Assembly (NCBI RefSeq): GCF_009914755.1
Contig: NC_060927.1
Origin: the human T2T-CHM13v2.0 reference genome, Homo sapiens
Reading direction: 5' to 3' (one strand)
Length of the DNA: 64,000 bases
A program made the position numbers and the translations under genes. The notes beneath the pieces are model-generated. The model was not told where the DNA came from. It saw nothing but the letters and a program-made list of their open reading frames with translations, and made no database searches. This document shows, one piece after another, positions 11,041 through 25,230 of the stretch. Position 1 is the stretch's first letter; each line of letters begins with the position of its first letter.

Positions 11041-12938
11041 CAAAGTAGCCAAAATAAATGTCTATGTCATTGGAAACAGAGGAAGTGGGGAGAAGGTACA
11101 GTAAGGGAAGAGTTAGAATAGCAGCTTTACATCCTCAGGATGCTAGGTATCTACAACTCTGTGTAGCTGTGTTGCTGTATGTGTCTATGTGTTGGATTAG
11201 GAAATGCAAAGAAGGACATAAAAGTTGTAAAACTGCTTTAGAGTTCATTCATTAACATCTGAAAAGACAGACAATGCTAAAAGCGTGTAAAAGAAGTACA
11301 AGGTACACAGAATTTTTTTTTCATTTTGTTTGCCTAAGCAGTGTTTTTAAGGAAAAAGTAGGCATCATTAGCTAAGATGTTGCAAAAACTCAACTAGAAA
11401 TTTCACTTACAGCTGATCAGTCTTTTGGGTAATTAACAAAATGGGGTAGGAGGAGAAATTAATGGTTGTGCCAATATTTGTTGGCAATTTTGATTTATTT
11501 TTCAGTAGCCCCCAATTGATAAAATTATCACTATTCAAAAAAAACTTAAAAATAGTCCCCATCATTGGGAAAAAAGAAAACCTGAGAGTGTCAGAGACCC
11601 TGAGAGTGTCAGAGACAACTACAAAAAGAAGTGCTTGGGTTTTTAATTTTTGTTTTTGTTTTAAATATAGCAACTTCATGTGGTTCAGTGCTCTGGGATA
11701 CTTTTCTTCTGTCAGCATCCCTTCTGCATTCAGACTCTGCTTCTGTTTTTCATACCAACCACTCTGATTGTGTAGTTCACATGAGCAGCAGCATAGTCTT
11801 GAGACCCTCTGCTATACAACCTTCCTCATTTATTGTCTCAAGCCAAGATAAATTACACACTTTAGAACAGGGCCTTAACTGTAAATACTTAATGATTTTC
11901 ACTTTCAAAGCACTGTGCAAGCATATGTAGCCTCATTTTGGGGTGATGATTTGCATCTGTAATCTTTTATGACATAATTTCTTTGTTTTTAAAATACTGT
12001 CATACCCTTTATTATTAATCTTAATACAAAGCTGAATTGTTTTCTATAATAGTTTTACTGATATATAATTCACATAACCATAAAATTCACCATTTCGAAG
12101 TATGCCATTCAGTGTTCTTTTTTAGGTATATTCAGAGTTGTGCAACCATCATCACTATCTAATTTTAGAACATCGTAACTCCAAAAAGAAACCCCATATC
12201 CATTAGGAGTCACTCCCCATTCCGCCTCCCCCATCCTATCTCTGGCCAAACTATATAGCCTTTGGCAATCACTCATCTATTTTCTGTCTCTATGCTTTTA
12301 CCTATTCTGAACACATCATATAAATGGAATCATGTAATACATGGCCTTTTGTGGCTGACTTCTTTCATATAGCATTGTGTTTTTGAGTTTCATCCATATT
12401 GTAACATGCATCAGTACCTCATTCTTTTTTATTGTTAAATTACATTCTGTTGTATGGATATACCAAATTTTGGTTATTGATTCATCAGTAGATGAATATT
12501 TGGGTACATGCTATGAAACACGCATGTATAAGTTTTTACGTGAACATATTTTTCCAATTCTTTTGGGTATGTTTCCAAGAGTGAAATTGCTAGATCATGT
12601 GATAACTCTATATTTAACATTAAAAAATCTCCCAAATGTTTTTCTAAAGTGGATGCACTATTTTACATTCCACCAGAAATGTGTGAAGGTTCCAGTTTCT
12701 CCACATCCTTGCCAACACTTGTTATTGCCTGTCCTTTCAATTTTAGAAATCTCTAAAATGTGAAATAGTATTTCATTGTGATTTTGCTTTGCATTTCCTT
12801 GATGACTAATGATGGCAAATATCTTTGCATGTCTTTATAAGTGATTTGAATATATAATTTGAAAAAGGGCCTATTGAAATCATCTACCCACTTAAAAATC
12901 CATTTTGAGTTAATTTTTTATAAATGGTGTGAGGTAGG

Positions 12939-13626
<688 letters not shown>

Positions 13627-14834
13627 GTAGGGGTCTGTCTTTATTCTTTTGCATATTGATATCCTGTGTCTCAGCACAATTTGTTGGAAAGACTGTTGTT
13701 TCCCCATCGAATTGCGTTGGCACCTGTGTCAAAAATCAATTAATCATAAATATGATGGTTTATTTTTAGACTCTCAATTCCATTTCAATGATCTGTATGT
13801 TTATTCTTATGCCAGTACCACACCATTTTGATTACTATAATTTTATAGCTTTGAAATTAGGAAATGTGAGTCCTCCCACGCTAAGAATGGAACTTTTACA
13901 GGGAGCTTCCAGATAGGTCAAATAGTGACAATTATCTGAGGATAGACCTTCTGGAGGAACCCCAAACCTGTTCTGTACCCTCCAGTGTCTATTAGGCTGC
14001 TGGTTTTCACACATAATATGATTGTGAGGCTATTGGTTTTCACAGTAATTGTGGAACCAGGGAGAAGGGAATGGGAAGAGATCAAGCCACAATGCTTTTA
14101 ATTCTTACCAAAATTCAGCCATTTTTTCGGGAAATTTTCCTTGAATTTTTGCAAGCTTTTGGTTAATTTCCAGAGTTCTGAAAAAGTTGATTTTGCCAGT
14201 TTTTGCCAGTGTTCTGATTGCTTTATGAAGGAGTAGATTTTTGGAGGTCCTTATCCATCATCCTGGAAGTGCTACTTTTATGTTATTTTTAAAGAGATCC
14301 ATGTGATAGATGAGAGTAGGGGACTAGAAACTATAGGGCACCTACAATTCCAAGTTATCTTGTCAGTGTTACATGTAATAGATAAATATGTTGATACAGG
14401 GTGTACATGATGTCAGAAACTACTTAGGTGTTTACACTTAGTTGTACAACAAAAGCCAAAGTCAATCAAATAATCATTTCTTGAGTAGCTGCTATGATGG
14501 GATAAGCACTGTACCCTAGAGAATAACAAAGATGAGTAAAACTGTTATTTAAGATTCTCTCTGTAGAAACAAACATAAACCTAGCTTGAACTTGTGTAGG
14601 CAAATGAAAGACCTTTATAGGAAGAATTTTGGGGTGCCTTATGTAATCAAAGCCAAGGTTGGACAACCAATCTTTGGGTAGTATGGCAATAAGGCTTTGA
14701 GATGGAGCCTCATATACTAGAACCAGGGCTTTGAAACCTCCAGTACTCTCTGCCTTCCTCTCGTCTCTATTCTCTCTCTGAAGCTTCATTCCCTGTCATC
14801 ATGGGGCAGCCTCCTCCATCTGACAGGAATGATG

Positions 14835-15830
14835 GCAGTGGCAGATTTCATCATTGATCCCAATTCTTCATCCTTCCTTGGATCCACATCCTTTGCCATG
14901 TGACTTTGCAGTTCCTCCCACTAAAGGGGTAGAATGTATTCTCCATCCTTGACTTTGGGAACAGTCAAGTGACTTGCTTTAGCCAGTTGAATTAGGTATA
15001 AGTGACAGAGTTCCATTAAGAACTGTAACGGTTATGAGATTTTATCCTACTTATAAATATTCAGTTAGCATGCCACCATTTTATTGATGTAGGCAGAAGA
15101 CATGAGATTCCTGTGACAGAAACAAAGGACTTTATTACTCATGACACAGCAAGCAGCATGGGCTTCATGTTTGCATCAATTCTCCTTGCCTCCCACCAAA
15201 TTGCATTAGGATGATGTGGAGGGACCTAGGTGGATGATGCATTTGCAGTAGGTGTGTCAAGCTGAAGAACCCTGAGCTTAGGGAACCCAAATCTTTTATA
15301 ATGGACAGTAAGCCTGTCTGATCTTTGTCCTAGAGGGAGACATTATCTTTGTTATACAACAATAAGCTTGTCTGCCTTTTGCTTTAGGGGGAGACACTAT
15401 CTTTATCCTCCAAGACTGTAAGTATATCTGCTCCTTGATCTGGAGGTTGACAATATCTCTATCTTCCAGGGCCATTTGCTGTACAAAGTTTGGAAAAAGG
15501 TGCAGTCAATGCCTTGCTAGCAGGATGTACAGAAACGTGAGAGACCCATGGAGAACTGTCTAACAACAAGTTCAAGTGTCTAAGCTTAGATCTTGAGATG
15601 CCTCACATGCTTCCACTTGCTTTCTTTCTCTTCCACCTGCCTCTATGGAAAAAACATTCCATGGCTAGCACATTTATCCCAGGAGGAGGATAAAAGACAT
15701 GTGGAACAGAACTTCCCATGTAAGCCTAGCCAGAAGCAACTGATTCTTAAATGACTCAAGGAAGCATGAACTAAATGAATGCTTCTGGTACTAAAGTCTT
15801 GTGGTTGTTTGTTATGCAGCAGTATCTACT
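14835..15830 (+). mobile_element. Old MLT1 LTR split by LTR40
   Basis: ccctttgccatgtgactttgcagttcctcccactaaag-like 5' half; tgtggttgtttgttatgcagcag 3' end. Confidence 0.55.
15024..15568 (-). mobile_element. LTR40-like ERVL solo LTR
   Basis: Minus strand starts tgttgttagacagttctccatgggtctctcacgtttctgtacatcctgctagc, matching the recalled LTR40 start; TG...CA ends. Confidence 0.65.
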
Positions 15831-15966
15831 GATGCAATGACCATTGATGGCAACTCAGTTTTCCATTTTGTGTCTTCCATCACCCAAGAAGGACTGTCAC
15901 AAGTAGTTTCTGGTCTGGTAAAGACCTCTGATTGGCTCATCACTAATTGTAAATTAACAAGTTAGC

Positions 15967-16284
15967 AGCCAGCTGTGGTGGCACACGCCTGTAATCCCAG
16001 AATTTTGGAGGCCGAGGCGGGTGGATCACCTGAGGTCAGGAGTTCAAGACCAGCCTGGTCGACAGGGAGAAACCCTGTCTCTACTAAAAAATACAAGAAA
16101 AAAAATTAGCCAGGCATGGTGGCACACACGTGTAATCCCAGCTACTTGGGAAGCTGAGGCAGGAAAATTACTAGAACTCGGGAAGCGGAGGTTTCAGTGA
16201 GCTGAGATCACGCCACTGCACTCCAGCCTGGGCAGCAGAGTAAGACTTCGTCTCAAAAAAAACAAAAACAAAAACAAAAACAAA
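15967..16284 (+). mobile_element. AluS SINE
   Basis: Full dimer, (CAAAAA)n tail, TSD aagttagc. Confidence 0.9.
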
Positions 16285-16293
16285 GAAGTTAGC

Positions 16294-16425
16294 CTGGTTG
16301 GGCATGGTGGCTCATATCTGTAATCCTAGCACTTTGGGAGGCCCACTGGGATCATTTGAGGCCAGAAATTTGAGACGAGCCTGGGCAACGTAGTGAACCC
16401 TCATCTCTACCAAAAAAAAAAAAAA
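16294..16425 (+). mobile_element. Left arm of an AluJ (or a FLAM); right arm at 18296-18483
   Basis: ggttgggcatggtggctc...catctctaccA14, then L1 sequence. Confidence 0.8.
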
Positions 16426-16427
16426 TT

Positions 16428-18292
16428 TAATGTAAAAAAATCAGTAGCATATCTATACACCAATAATGTTCAAGCCGAGAGCCAGCCAAATCCCATTTAA
16501 AATGAGAACGCAGTCCCACAATACAATAACCACACACACGCAAAATACCTAGGAATACATCTCTAACCAAGGAGGTGTAAGATCTCTACAAGAAGAACTA
16601 TAAAAAATCGCTGAAAAAAACAGATGATGCAAACAAGTAGAAAAGAATTCCATGCTCATTGATTGGAAGAATCAATATTGTTAAAATGGCTATATTGCCC
16701 AAAGCAATCTATAAAATTTAATGCTATTCTTATCAAACTACCAATGTCATTTTTCACAGAATTAGACAAAACTATTCTAAAATTAATATAGAACCAAACA
16801 AGATCCTGAATAGCCAAAGCAATCCTAAGCAAAAAGAACAAAGCCAGAGACCTCACATTATCTGATTTCAAACTATACCATAAGGCTATAGTAAACAAAA
16901 CAGCATAGTAGTGGTACAAAAACAGACACATAGACCAATGGAACAGAATATAGAACCCAGAAATAAAGCCACACACCTATGGCCATCTGATCTTTGACAA
17001 AGTTGACAGAAATAAGCAATGGGGAGAGGGCTCCCTATTCAATAAATGGTGCTAGGGAAACTGGTCAGCAATATGCAAAAGAATGACACTGGACCCTACC
17101 ATTCACCATATACAAAAATTAACTCAAGATAGATTAAATATTTAAATGTAAGACTTCAAACTATAAGAATCCTAGAAGAAAGCCTAGGAAACACCATTGT
17201 GGACATCAGGCTTGGGTAAGAACTTATGACTAAGTCCTCAAAAGCAATTGCAACAAAAACAAAAATTGACAGGTGGGACCTAAATAAACTAAAGAGCTTC
17301 TGCACAGCAAAAGTAACTATCAACAGAGTAAATGGACAACCTACAGAATAGGAGAAAATATCAGCAAACTATGCATCTGACAGAGGTCTAATACCCAGAC
17401 TCTATAAGGAACTTAACCAATTTAACAAGCAAAAAAACAAGTAATCCCATTAAAAAGTGGGCAAAAGACATGGACAGTTCTCCAAAGAAGTATGCAATTG
17501 GCCAAAAAACATGAAAAAATGCTCAACATCAGTAATCATTAGACAGATGCAAATTAAAACCACAATGAGATACCATCTCACACCAGTCAGAATGGCCATT
17601 ACTAAAAAGTCAAAAAACAGATGCTGGCGAGGCTACAGAGAAAAGGAAATGCTTATACTCTGCTGGTGGGAATGCAAATTAGTTCAGCCACTGTGGAAAG
17701 CCATTTGAAGATTTCTCAAATAACTTCAGACAGGACTACCATTTGACCCAGGAATTCCATTACTGGGTATATACCCAAAGGAAAATTGATCATTTTACCA
17801 AAAGACACATGCACTTGTACGTTCATTGCAGCACTATTCACAATAGCAAAAACATGGAATCAGCCTAGGTGCTCATCAGTAGTGGACTGGGTAAAGAAAA
17901 TGTATACACCATAGAATACTATGCAGTCATAAAAAGAATGTAATCATGTCATTTGCAGCAACGTGGATACAGCTAGAGGCCATTATCCTAAGCAATTAAA
18001 TGCAGGAAAAGAAAATCAGATACCACAGATTCTCACTTATAAGTGGAAGCTAAACATTGGGCACTCATGGACATAAAGATGGCAACAATAGATACTGGAA
18101 ACTACTAGAAGGCGGAGGAGGGGGTAAGTGCTGAAAAACTGGTACTATGCTTGCTACTTGGGGGACGGGATCATTCATATCCCAAACCTTAGCCCCACGC
18201 AATAGGCCCTTGTAACAAATCTGCCCCTGTACCCCAGATTCTAAACAAAAGTTGAATTATAAAAATGAATAAATGAATAAATAAATAGAAAA
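16428..18292 (+). mobile_element. 5'-truncated L1PA16/17-like LINE-1 (ORF2 C-terminus plus 3' UTR)
   Basis: ORF2 motifs ([18 protein letters not shown]; [14 protein letters not shown]), 3' UTR ggacataaagatggcaacaatag, A-rich tail 18260-18294. Confidence 0.9.
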
Positions 18293-18295
18293 AAT

Positions 18296-18483
18296 ATTAC
18301 CTAGGCATGGTGGGGTATGCCTGAAGTCCCAGCTACTAGAGAGAGTGAGGTGGGAGGATTACTTGACGCCAGGAGTTTGAGGCTGCAGTGAGCTAAGATT
18401 GCCCCACTGCACTCCAGCCTGGGTGATACAGCAAGACCCTGTCTGTTAAAACAAACAAACAAACAAACAAACAAACAAACAAA
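18296..18483 (+). mobile_element. Right arm of an AluJ (or a FRAM) with (AAAC)n tail
   Basis: ggcatggtgg..gcctgaagtcccagctact..gaggctgcagtgagc..cagcaagaccctgtct. Confidence 0.85.
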
Positions 18484-19068
18484 CCGCAGCCTGCCACAGT
18501 TTTCATGGCAGTAAGCCAATAAAATGTGCTAACGTAGTCACGGGAAAACATAGTCAATACTGTCATCACTATCACCATGTAAATGAGTAAGGGACAATTC
18601 CTAGGGAAGGAAAGAGGTGCTGGGCATCTAGTACAGGCATTCATGGTGTAGGAGAGACAATGAGGTCCTATTCGAATAGAGTGCAGTTGAGTTCTAGACA
18701 TGTTTTACTTATGCTAATCCAATCATTCCTGTGTATTTGTGTGTGGGGGGGTCGGGGGGTGGTATGAAAGGCATGAATCTGCGGTTGACTCAGCCTCAAT
18801 TCCAAGTCATCACTTCAAAGGTTAAGTCATTTGTTACATTAAGTATGATTCCAGGTATTTTTGGAATATCTATTTTATAGTATATAATGGCGTACATTAT
18901 ACAATATATTTACTCATGCTTCTTCCTGTATAGGGTTGGATTTCAAAATCATATATACTGTACTTTATGGAAAATTCTGGAAATTTTTAAGTGTAATTGG
19001 CTTGTCCCTTTTCATATCCTCATAAGCTCCTTCTCCAGAAATTAGATGTTTCTTAGAAAAGGGGAGGG

Positions 19069-19295
19069 GGCTGGGCATGGTGGCTCGTATCTGTAATCCC
19101 AACTACACTGGAGGTTGAGATGGGAGGATTGCTTGAGGCCAGGAGTTTCAGACCAGCCTGGGCAACACAACGAGATCCCATCTCTGAAAGAAAAAAAAGA
19201 AAAAAGAAAGAAAGATGAAAGGAAGGAAGGATAAAAGGAGGGAAGAAAGGAAGGAAGGAAGGAAGGAAAGAAGGAAAAGAAAGAGGGAGGGGAAA
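19069..19295 (+). mobile_element. FLAM-type Alu monomer with (GGAA/GAAA)n tail
   Basis: Single monomer 19069-19187 followed by a purine-rich microsatellite. Confidence 0.8.
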
Positions 19296-20639
19296 GAACC
19301 TGAATAGGCAAAAATTGTTTTTATCATCTCATAGAATAGATGCTTGAAGTAGAAATTAGGTACAGTTTTTGAAAAAATAAGTCATGGTTTTTTTTTTAAT
19401 GCAGTTGAATTGGTAGATGGAGATGCATGCCTGTGACTCTAGCCTTCCTCATCAGTCTGGTATGTTATTATAGAAATAAAATATCATGGAGGTACAAAGG
19501 AATGCTATTAGTAATGACAAAGGATAAATTACTGTATATGGAACAATATGGATGGGCCTTACAAACACAATGTTGAATGAAAGAAACAAGATTTATGAGA
19601 GTATTTATTTTATATTTCATTTATAGTAAGTTCAAAACCATGGAAAACTAATCAATAAAGTTAGAAATCAGGAGTCACATGAGGAAACAAAGAGAGCTTA
19701 GGCCCTGGCAGGATGCCTGAGACGTAGTCTTGCCTCCTGGGTTCTTCTTCACTAGATTGAGGCCCTAGGGAAGACAATGATGGAGCCACCAAAACACAGG
19801 GGAGTCTGTGTGCCGTGTCCTGGGGACAGTCTGGAAATTCAGCAAGGGTTTGGGGATTTTCTTTCACAGATCAGAGGAAATATCTGAGTAGATGAATGTT
19901 ATATGTTGCCAGTAAAGCTTCTGTGCTTCAGAGGTGGAGAGGAGGAGCAGAATATTCTGGCACAGGTAGGAGTGGTGTGGTTATGGTTCAGAGTTGATGG
20001 TGTTGGAGTGTTCTTGTTGCCTGGACAAGGGTGGCCCAGCAGTGTCGTGCTTGGATCAATAATTAAAGGTTGTGTGGAAATGAGGCTATCTGAACCAATG
20101 CCAGTGTGGAGAGAAGATGAGATCTAGAGAGGGATTCTTTCCTGCACCTCTGTCAACCCCTTTGCCTTGGCATCTTTGGCAGCAGATGGGGATTCTGGAA
20201 CTCTGGGTGATTCAGTTTCTACCACTTGAAAGTTCTTTCAAAAAATAAGGAAGTATTTTTTTGCAGACTTGAATTTGTAGCCTGAAATTTGTTCCTGTAT
20301 TCCTTAAATTTGTATAAAATTAGTGTTACAACAATTCCATTTTATTCATAAAAATATTTTGTGGGTATTTTCCAAGGTCTTTAATCTGATTTTGTGGTAT
20401 ATTTCATCAAATGCGTGTGCCATAATTTATTTTGGCTATTCATGTGGGACATAGATGTAGTTTCTAATTTTTATTATTAACCATGCTGCTGTGATACGTG
20501 TCCTTCACATTAAACTCCCTGTCATGCTTTTGCTGTATCATCATCACTCCTGCACTCATCATATCTTATTCTCATTTTATCTTTGTCCCAGTGGAGAATT
20601 CAGTTAAATTTGTTATTTGTACTATATTATATATATATT

Positions 20640-21245
20640 TTAAAAGATTTTATTTGTAACAGCAGGTTTAGGTTCACACCAATATTGAGCAGAAGGTTCA
20701 GAGATTTCCCATTTACTTCTTGCTCCCACACAGGAATAGCCTCTGCCATCATCAACATCCCACACCAGAGTGGTACAATTGTTACAGTTCATGAACCTAT
20801 AATTGACACATCGTTATCACCTAGAGTCCATCATTTACATTACAGTTCACTCTTGCTGTTGTAAGTTCTATGGGTTTTAACAAATGTATAATGACGTATA
20901 TGTAATTGCAGTATCATATACAATAGTTCAGTTCTTTTTTTAATGAGTCATGCCTTTGTGTTATATCTAAAAAGTCATTGCCAAACCCAAGGTCCAAGGT
21001 CATCTAGGTTTTTCCTGTTATTTTCTAGGAGTTTCATAGTTTTGTGTTTTACATCTTAGGTCTGTGATTCATTTTGAGTTGATTTTTGTGAAAGGGTATA
21101 AGGTCTGTGTGTAGATTCATTTTTGTGTGTGTGTGCATGTGGGTGTCCAGTTGCTCCAGCACCATTTGTTGAGAAGACTCTTTGACTCTTTTCTCCATTG
21201 TATTGCCTTTGCTCCTTTGACAAAGATCAGTTGACTATATTCATG
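20640..21245 (-). mobile_element. L1MC-like 3' end fragment
   Basis: gtttaggttcacaccaatattgagcagaaggttcagagatttccc...aacatcccacaccagagtggtaca. Confidence 0.75.
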
Positions 21246-21454
21246 TAAGCATCATATATGTTTTTAATGAGGTGCTCTTCAATTTTTCTGGAATAAGATA
21301 AAACATAAATTAAGTAAAACTACCATAATTACGAAACAAAAGTCAGAATGTTTAGTATAACAAATGTGAGTTCACAAGTGATGAAACTGCCTAGACACTT
21401 TATGGACACATGAGATACAGAAACTTAACCAGGTAAATCCCAACACTCAATGCT

Positions 21455-21600
21455 ACTCATCTGTAAAACTGGATAATAACAATACATTCTTTATAGGATT
21501 GTTGAGAGGATTAAATAAACTAATTCATGTATAGTGCTTGAGGCAGTATTTGGCTTCTTTTAAATGCTCCATAAATATTATTATTATTATATTATCATCA
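21455..21600 (+). mobile_element. MIR fragment
   Basis: ctcatctgtaaaactggataataac...ggattgttgagaggattaaat core. Confidence 0.7.
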
Positions 21601-22147
21601 TTAGTGGCAGTCAAAAATAACCATTTTCCGTAGTGGCACACAGGAAGCAATATGGTGGACTAGTTAACTGACAAGAGAATGCTGCTGGTGACCACAGAAT
21701 TTTCTGGAGAAGCCAGCTCTTTATTTCCTCCTTTCTTCAGGGCTTTAAAAGCTTCTTAAAAAAGATATGGACCTAGAGCAGTAATGCACTGGGGCTTAGG
21801 ATCCCAGTGGAACCACACACTTGAAAATGGTTGGAACTTCTTGCCATCGCTTGCCTCTACTTGTCTCTGTGGCCTTGCTCTCTTGCTGTCTTCTGATGAC
21901 TGGTTTTGTCTTCTACTTAATCTGCACAAGCAATATGGCCACCGACTGGACCAAAGTTTTATGTGTAGGAGGTTCAGTAGCCTGGAGAGAGACCCATCCC
22001 TTTTCCAAAGACTAAAGTCACATTTTCCCAGGGGATAAGATTAATTAGGTTAAATTGTGATGGTGCTTACCTCTGAATTGGCAACTTGGAGCTAAGGGAA
22101 CAGGATAATATTAAACAAACCACTCTCATGGAAACCATGTGGCTTGA

Positions 22148-22576
<429 letters not shown>

Positions 22577-22660
22577 TGAGAAAGGAAATGGAGCAGACTT
22601 CTCTGAACACTCATTCAGGGAAGTGGGAATTGATTACTAGCTTGGCTAGTACTTCACCTA

Positions 22661-23218
22661 TGTTATATATAAAGTTTCGGTGCTGCAAAAGAAATAGCAC
22701 TCCAATATAAAATTTTTTTTTAATTCTCAGCAAGGCCAGGTAATTCTATAGAAGGGTGCGCCCTTACAGATGGAGCAATGGTGAGCACACACCTGGACAA
22801 GGGAGGGAAAGGGGTTCTTATCCCCGACGCACGTGACCCTTGCTGCTCTGTTGTTCCCCTATTGGCTAGGGTTAGACCGCACAGGCTAAACTAATTCCGA
22901 TTGGCTAATTTAAAGAGAATGACGGGGTAAGTGCTTTGGCAGGAAAAAAATGGTTATGCAGGGTGGAGAATGAGTTAGGTCAGAGCAGGTAGCAGGTAAT
23001 CGGAATGAGTTAGGGTGGAACAGGTGATCCGAATGAGCTAGGGTGGAGCAGGTGATCGGAATGAGTCAGGGTGGAGTAGGTAATCAGAATGAGTCAGGGT
23101 GAAGTAGGTAATCGAAAAAGGTTGCTTTATGAAAGTTAAGTTTAAAAGTAGAAGGCAAAGAATTGAACATACTAACATATTAATTCTTTGAAGAGAAATT
23201 TAGAATTCATATTTAACA
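22661..23218 (-). promoter_or_regulatory. 3' LTR (LTR10F), 558 bp, with 28-bp AP-1 VNTR
   Basis: Minus strand starts tgttaaatatgaattctaaatttctcttcaaag. VNTR ~22961-23114 with perfect TGAGTCA at 23062 and 23090. Two ATTGG (CCAAT) boxes. Purine tract immediately adjacent (23219-23235). Confidence 0.9.
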
Positions 23219-25230
23219 ACTTCCTCCTTTTGCATTTTTCTTACAGCTTTCTCTTCAAACTTATTTAACATGTCTTGAGTTAGTTGTTCTGCTTGATATT
23301 CTAAAAGAAAAAGCTTCTCTGGGTAAGGTGGAGGATAGTTAAGGGAGGTTTTAGTAAGTGCCATTTTTATGAGCCTCTGCATCTACTTATGGACGCATGG
23401 TATGACACAGCTCCTGACAAGAATAAGTTCACCTATTACGGCTACAAGGGAGGTAAGAATTGAGGGGATTATTCCTTTCCATTTACTGAACCACTTCTCT
23501 AGCCATCCTGTAAAGGGGTCATTTACCCTTGAGTTGCTGGCTAACTCATTGGATAGAGCAGTCAGACCTTGCAATGCCTTTGTTATACTTCCATTAGGGG
23601 CGGTGTTGTTTGGGATGAAGGTGCAACATTGAGTTTTAATCATGACGCAAACTCCTCCTTTTTCTGCTAATATCATGTCTAAGGCTATCCTATTTTCCCA
23701 AGCCATCTGGCTAGCAGTAGCCCCTAATTGCTCAGCTATTCTTTTAACAGCATCTTTAGTGTAGTTAATAAATCGCTGTTGGTTGTAACAGATGTAGTTT
23801 ATCCAATCTAGATTTTTATTAATTGTCACCCACCAAAATATTGACTCAAATCCTGCAGCTGTTTGATTTCTGGCTTTAAATTGATCTGGTATCCCCCATG
23901 GGACTCCAACTGTGTCTAAATAGATGTGAGAGTCGAAAGATCCATAAGGGGCTTCTCTCGCTTTACGATGTCTTATTTTTCCTTCTTCTGGTTGATGAAA
24001 TGCCAGGGTGGAAGGGATAGCCAATTGGATTAAAGCACAAGTGCCACTCCAGTTATTCGGCAGAGTGTCCAGTAAAGGTCCACCACAATACCACCACACA
24101 GCCTCTTGGGGATGAACAAGGGCTGACTGATTGCTAAGCTCTTGAAAGTTCTTAAGCTCACTGCATCCCTTAGGTCTCCAAGGAATGCTAAGTTTCCTCC
24201 CTGTCGTGAGAGACACAAAGTGAACTTAGTGTTGGGAGACGGAAGCTGGACGGCCCTCTGGGGCTAACCCGCAGGGTGCCGGACTTCGGGATATAGCAGA
24301 GCGAGAGCTTGGCATGACTTGTTATCCCAGGCTGTAGAATCCTGGAAAAGAGCTACCGTGCAGCCCATCCTCAGTCGACCAGAGGACCACCCTAGTGGAA
24401 AAGGGACAATCTGGGCCTCTGGCCTGCCACGAGCACAAGCAAAACAATTGCTTTTGTTTACATGCAGATGGCATATTTGATCTATTCCAACAAGGCATTT
24501 ACATCTTGGTATCCTGTCTCAATTGCCAAAGTTTGTTTTAAGTCTTTAACTTCTACCATCGCTATCTTGGCCTTATTGTTAGATGGAGGAGGAACAATGG
24601 TTCCGTTGTAAGAGGTTTTGGAAAAAGGCTTAGAGGCAGGTGCAGGTGGCACGGGATCAAAGGAATGCATTTCAAATAATCCAATAGGGTCTGTCCCTGA
24701 AACCTCAGCCCCCATACCATAAAACCAGCTTGAAGAAGGTAACTGGCTTAGAAAAGGGGAAGAATTTTGAGGGCTCAAAATAATAACCTGTATAGGATTG
24801 CACTGGTTTAGCTGACAGTTGTGGGGGGCTATTCCTTTAGTAAAATGAATGTATGGTTTCAGGAAATTACAAACACTAGTTGGGGCAGTCCATCCTCACT
24901 CTTCAGTGGTCCACAGAACACTGGACCAAGTACGGCATAAAAGCTCTACATCGGGGGCAAGACTCCTGGTTGACCCTGGTCTTTATCCAAATCTCCCCAG
25001 ATTAAGTGGTACCAATTCACTAGTGCCCAGTTTGAGGAGAGCCAGGAGGGACGGAGGTACTTTTCTGAAGTAGAGAGCTGTCTTTCACTTGAGAAATCCC
25101 CACAGGGTATAAAAAGGCAAGCATCAAACACAATAGTTTGAGGCAAAATTGACTAGGTTATGTTAATAACTAGATGGTCAGTGATAGAGCGCGGAAAGAA
25201 GAAACAGTAATAAAATAGATGAAAGAGAGT
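23200..25230 (-). pseudogene. env: HERV-IP env remnant (SU disrupted; TM largely open at 23383-24216)
   Basis: Furin-like RHRKAR (RKAR 23956-23967), ISD WENRIALDMILAEKGG, CX6CC (CVMIKTQCC), hydrophobic anchor, in-frame TAG at 23383-23385 followed by the cytoplasmic tail. Confidence 0.9.

Noticed and set aside
11581-11616. 18-bp tandem duplication cctgagagtgtcagagac
   Set aside because: A simple slippage duplication with no sign of function.
22961-23114. 28-bp repeats as a CRISPR-like array
   Set aside because: The units are contiguous with no unique spacers and lie inside a retroviral LTR in primate DNA. It is a VNTR.
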